From Pseudomonadota bacterium (GTDB lineage: Bacteria; Pseudomonadota; Alphaproteobacteria; MED-G09): a DNA stretch of 64,000 bases. The notes below the pieces were generated by a model. It ran no database searches, had not been told where the DNA came from, and saw only the letters and a program-made list of their open reading frames with translations. Position numbers and translations under genes: made by a program. The stretch lies in contig JAYZKD010000007.1 of assembly GCA_036163815.1 (NCBI GenBank), positions 305-64,304 on the forward strand. The letters are read 5' to 3'. Numbering within the stretch: the first letter of the stretch is position 1; each line of letters begins with the position of its first letter. Shown piece after piece: positions 60,337-64,000 of the stretch.

Positions 60337-61713
60337 TTAGTAGTAACTAGCACTTACTCGAAATAGTTGCTCAACTTCATGAATATTATCTGGGGTAGAA
60401 AAAATTGTAACATAATCACCTTCTTTTATTTTTGTATCACCCCTAGGCATAATAATTTTTTCATCGCGTAATATTCCACCAATTCTTAAACCGCTTGCAA
60501 GATGAAGCTCCTCAATTGTTGGGCCTACCAAATCAGATGAATTTGATACTTCTCCTTCAATTACTTCTGCCGAACCATCTGTTAAGGTATAAATATTTCT
60601 AATATGCCCTCTTCTTACATGTCTTAGGATAGATGAAACAGTAATAGCTTTAGGATCTAAAAAATCACCTATATCGACTGATCTAATTAACCCCTGAAAA
60701 TCTTTATTATTTAGTAGAGCTATAACCCTACTACAACCGTCACTTTTAGCAAAAGCTGCAGATATGAAATTTGTTTCATCACTATTCGTTAAACTAATTA
60801 AGATGTCTGCGTTAGATATTTCAGCTTCATTTAATATATCTTTATCCATTCCTGAACCAAGAATAACAACGCATTTTTCAAATTTATCTGATAAATCTTC
60901 AGCTATTTGTTCATTCAACTCAATAATCTTTAAGGATATGTTATCTATCTTAGCTTCAATTAATTTAGCAACTTCTTTTCCTATAGAACCTCCTCCAACA
61001 AGAATAATTCTTCTTGCTTGTTCAGGTTTTTTTCCAAATATTGATAAAGTTCTTTCTGCCATATCACTTGGACAAACTAGATACGCCAAATCGCCTTCAA
61101 CTAGATTTTCTTTTAATTTAGGGGTTAAAATATGCCCATCTCTTCTAAGACCTACAATTACAGTATTTAAATCAGGAAAAAGTTCTGTAAGGGAACTAAT
61201 TTCAGTATCTTTTATAGGGCAATCTGAATCAATTTTAATTCCTAAAAACCTTAATTTATCATCTCCAAATGGGACATTCTCAAATGTCCCTGGCAATTCA
61301 AACCTTCTAAAGACAGATTCGGCAACTTCTTTTTCCGGTGAAATAATAATGTTAACGGGTAGATTTGTGTTAGTGAATAAGTCTTGATATGAAGGATTTA
61401 AGTAAGATTTATCTCTAACTCTTGCTATTCTTTTTGGAACCTCAAATAATGAGTGAGCAACTTGACATGCCATCATATTTATTTCATCTGAGGGAGTAAC
61501 AGCAATTAACATTTCTGCATCACTTGCGCCTGCTTCACCTAAAATATCAGGATGAGCTCCATGCCCTACAATTCCTCTAATATCGATTTTACTACCCAAA
61601 TTCTCTATTAGTCTCTTAGAAGAGTCTATAACCGTAACCTCATTACCAATTTCCGATAATTTTTCTGCAATAGCTCTTCCACTTGAACCGGCGCCACAAA
61701 TTATTATTTTCAT
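60337..61713 (-). CDS. trkA: Trk potassium-uptake system NAD-binding protein TrkA
   Basis: Two RCK halves with Rossmann loops MKIIICGAGSSGRAIA and IILVGGGSIGKEVA. 458 aa. Confidence 0.95.
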   Translation of the reverse strand: MKIIICGAGSSGRAIAEKLSEIGNEVTVIDSSKRLIENLGSKIDIRGIVGHGAHPDILGEAGASDAEMLIAVTPSDEINMMACQVAHSLFEVPKRIARVRDKSYLNPSYQDLFTNTNLPVNIIISPEKEVAESVFRRFELPGTFENVPFGDDKLRFLGIKIDSDCPIKDTEISSLTELFPDLNTVIVGLRRDGHILTPKLKENLVEGDLAYLVCPSDMAERTLSIFGKKPEQARRIILVGGGSIGKEVAKLIEAKIDNISLKIIELNEQIAEDLSDKFEKCVVILGSGMDKDILNEAEISNADILISLTNSDETNFISAAFAKSDGCSRVIALLNNKDFQGLIRSVDIGDFLDPKAITVSSILRHVRRGHIRNIYTLTDGSAEVIEGEVSNSSDLVGPTIEELHLASGLRIGGILRDEKIIMPRGDTKIKEGDYVTIFSTPDNIHEVEQLFRVSASYY

Positions 61714-61735
61714 TTCATTTCCGTCAATGGGTTAT

Positions 61736-61948
61736 TTAAAAAATTACCTTATGTAATTTCTTTCTTGGTTTAATATCAAGATCATTTAACTTCCTATGTA
61801 ATGCTGAGCGATCCATACCGATAAATTTTGCAGTTTTGCTTATATTTCCATTAAAGTTATTTATTTGCGCGGTAAGATATTTTCTTTCAAAATCTTTACG
61901 TGCAGATCTTAAATCCATTTCTAAATCAATTACTAAAAACTTATCCAA
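61736..61948 (-). CDS. Stand-alone 70-aa Fis-type HTH protein resembling the C-terminal DNA-binding domain of NtrX/NtrC
   Basis: [39 protein letters not shown] matches the HTH_8 segment of NtrC-family regulators. It sits 22 nt upstream of trkA in the ntrX slot. No receiver or AAA+ domain is encoded. Confidence 0.7.
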   Translation of the reverse strand: MDKFLVIDLEMDLRSARKDFERKYLTAQINNFNGNISKTAKFIGMDRSALHRKLNDLDIKPRKKLHKVIF

Positions 61949-62013
61949 TTTTATAACCCCAATAATATGTTGCTTCTTTACAACAAAAAATAATAAATGT
62001 CACTAAAGACACA

Positions 62014-63546
62014 TTAAAGATTTAGTTTTGGAAAAATTACTTCTGGATCACGAATTTTTGTACCATTTCTAATGGAACAATCATCTCCTAAATTACTAAA
62101 CTGCCTTTCTTTAGCATTAATATTTAATAAATCTAATAGCTTTTCAGACCCATCTATTAATACTGGTTGTAAAATTATTCCAAAATTCCTTAACATTTCA
62201 CATGTAACCCATAAAACTGTATTCATTCTCTCGGTATCATTTTTGGCTAACTCCCATGGCTTTTCATCAGAGAAATATTTATTAGTTAAAGAGATAACCT
62301 TAAATACTGAATCTAAGTAATTGTGAATTTGATAATTTTCCATATATTTTTGAGATTCCTGATAAAGACCTTTAATTGATGCTATAATATTCAAATCTTT
62401 ATCTTTGAGTTTTCCTCGGTCAGGAATTTTAGAATTACATTTATCCTTGACCATTTTTAAACATCTTTGAGATAAATTTCCTAAATCATTAGAAAGGTGT
62501 GCATTTGCATGTTTGGTAATCAATTCATGATCATAAATACCATCATTTCCAAATGGTGTGGTAGATAGCATATAATATCTTAATTGATCTACGCCATATA
62601 ATTCGCATAACTCAATTGGATCAATAGTATTGCCTAAACTTTTGGAAATCTTTTCGCCTCTGTTTAAAAAGAAACCATGAGAAAAAATTGTTTCAGGAAT
62701 TTTAATTCCTGCAGACATTAAAAAAGCTGGCCAATAAACTGCATGAAAGCGTGTTATATCTTTGCCAACAAGATGAATATTTGCTGGCCAGAAAGATTTG
62801 AATACATCTTCATTTTGAGCCCACCCAAGAGCTGATAAGTAATTAATTAAAGCATCAAACCAAACATATATAATATGATCCGAGTTATTTACTACGGGTA
62901 TTCCCCATTTAATGTTTTTTCTTGAAATTGATATATCTTTCAAACCAGAAGATACAAAATTTTTTATCTCATTCATTCTTGATTCTGGTCTGATAAAATC
63001 TTTATTGTTCTTATATAAATCCAATAAATCTTTTTCATACTTAGAAAGTCTAAAAAAATAACTTTCCTCATTTATCCATTCCACTGAGTTGCCTTCAGGT
63101 GAAATATAATCGCCATTCTCATCTTTCACTAATTCATCTTCTGAATAGAAAGCTTCATCTCTAATAGAATACCATCCTGAGTATTCATCTAAATAAATAT
63201 CGCCTTTTTTATCAAGCTCTTTCCACAATGCGTTCACATTAATTTTATGTCTTTCTTCGGTTGTTCTTATAAAATCATTATTACTGCAATTTAAGAAATC
63301 ACTTAGATCTATAAATTCTTTTGAAATCTTATTTACAAATTCTAGCGGGTCAATATTCAATTCATCTGCCTTTTTTTGAACCTTTAGACCATGCTCATCG
63401 GTTCCTGTAAGAAAAAAAACATTAAATCCATCTAATCTTTTAAATCTTGCAATTGCATCTGCTGCAACCATTTCATAAGCATGACCAATGTGAGGTGAGC
63501 CATTCGTATAAAATATAGCAGTACTTATATAAAAATTTTTGTTCAT
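62014..63546 (-). CDS. metG: Methionine-tRNA ligase (short form, 510 aa)
   Basis: HIGH motif NGSPHIGHAYE and KMSKS motif KISKSLGN. Confidence 0.95.
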   Translation of the reverse strand: MNKNFYISTAIFYTNGSPHIGHAYEMVAADAIARFKRLDGFNVFFLTGTDEHGLKVQKKADELNIDPLEFVNKISKEFIDLSDFLNCSNNDFIRTTEERHKINVNALWKELDKKGDIYLDEYSGWYSIRDEAFYSEDELVKDENGDYISPEGNSVEWINEESYFFRLSKYEKDLLDLYKNNKDFIRPESRMNEIKNFVSSGLKDISISRKNIKWGIPVVNNSDHIIYVWFDALINYLSALGWAQNEDVFKSFWPANIHLVGKDITRFHAVYWPAFLMSAGIKIPETIFSHGFFLNRGEKISKSLGNTIDPIELCELYGVDQLRYYMLSTTPFGNDGIYDHELITKHANAHLSNDLGNLSQRCLKMVKDKCNSKIPDRGKLKDKDLNIIASIKGLYQESQKYMENYQIHNYLDSVFKVISLTNKYFSDEKPWELAKNDTERMNTVLWVTCEMLRNFGIILQPVLIDGSEKLLDLLNINAKERQFSNLGDDCSIRNGTKIRDPEVIFPKLNL

Positions 63547-64000
63547 TTAATATTCTCATAAATCTTATTTGAGTCTCGAATTAGAAATAACAAGTCTATT
63601 ATGATGTGGTTTTTTAAATTATTATAATACTGACCATCATAAATTATTTTATGTATATCATCCCTAATTTCAAACAAACTAATGATATCTTTCTTATTCT
63701 TATAATTGCCCTTATTTGATAAGTTTTTAATTCTTTCTTCAATATATGAAATAACCAAATCATAAAATAATGATAAATTTTTATCATTATTTAATGAACT
63801 AATTAACTCATAAATATCTAAATCACTATAATTTAAGAAAAGATTTTGAACTTTTAAGTTTAAATCTATAGCTTCATCACTAAGTAATTGCATGCACTTT
63901 CCTAAACTTCCATTTGAAAAACGCATAACCCTTTTAAGATTTATCGATGTATCCTCAAAACCTTCTTCAAGCAAATAATTTTCTAATTCTTCATTATTAA
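63543..64000 (-). CDS. holB: DNA polymerase III delta-prime subunit, C-terminal part; the 5' end lies outside the window
   Basis: The frame stays open to the window edge (..NNEELENYLLEEGFED..). FSNGSLGKCMQLL motif. Sits in the conserved holB-metG order with a 4-nt overlap. Confidence 0.7.
   Translation of the reverse strand, partial: NNEELENYLLEEGFEDTSINLKRVMRFSNGSLGKCMQLLSDEAIDLNLKVQNLFLNYSDLDIYELISSLNNDKNLSLFYDLVISYIEERIKNLSNKGNYKNKKDIISLFEIRDDIHKIIYDGQYYNNLKNHIIIDLLFLIRDSNKIYENIK

Noticed and set aside
60764-61387. 207-aa ORF antisense to trkA; strikingly long for such an AT-rich sequence.
   Set aside because: It lies entirely inside well-supported trkA. Its translation is Ser/Leu/Ile-rich and low-complexity with no recognisable motif, and it has no SD. 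This is the usual shadow frame opposite a codon-biased gene.

Overview
This is a 64-kb, very AT-rich window that is almost entirely coding. Spot counts of single 60-nt lines in ordinary genes gave 9-16 G+C. The content looks like a genome-streamlined, free-living alphaproteobacterium. Supporting clues are the rpoZ-spoT...pdxJ-acpS-lepB-rnc-era-recO block, the hfq-trkA-(ntrX) slot, holB-metG, and a DinB with the FCRDC N-terminal extension. It resembles Pelagibacterales or HIMB59, but the taxon cannot be proven from sequence alone. I support 68 protein genes, two of which run off the window edges, and 2 tRNAs (Ser-GCU, Leu-GAG). Two short genes missing from the ORF track were found by eye: rpmG (L33) and ccmD. 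The gene content is mainly housekeeping: replication and repair (parC, topA, recO, dinB, ruvX, UDG, holB), translation (gatCAB, metG, smpB, rpmG, era, rnc, rluC-like), pyrimidine, lysine and B6 synthesis (pyrB, pyrE, dapA, pdxJ), a single-locus cytochrome c maturation operon, the propionyl-CoA to succinyl-CoA route (pccAB, mutAB), a TRAP transporter, clpS-clpA plus bpt (N-degron pathway), mgtE, trkA, hfq and mazG. I see no CRISPR array, no transposase or integrase, no phage genes and no recognisable defence island. The best candidates for something undescribed are five items. (1) A 70-aa stand-alone HTH that looks like the severed C-terminal domain of NtrX, sitting in the ntrX slot. (2) A translationally coupled kelch-DUF1489-membrane J-protein trio directly upstream of clpS-clpA. 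(3) A DUF3604 lipoprotein plus parvulin-like pair with the strongest expression signals in the window, fused behind tRNA-Ser. (4) A HAD hydrolase whose catalytic motif lies upstream of any canonical start codon. (5) A perfect 10-bp palindrome over the -35 of a G+C-richer TonB-dependent receptor gene. Every functional call rests on motif recognition by eye. No database search was run.
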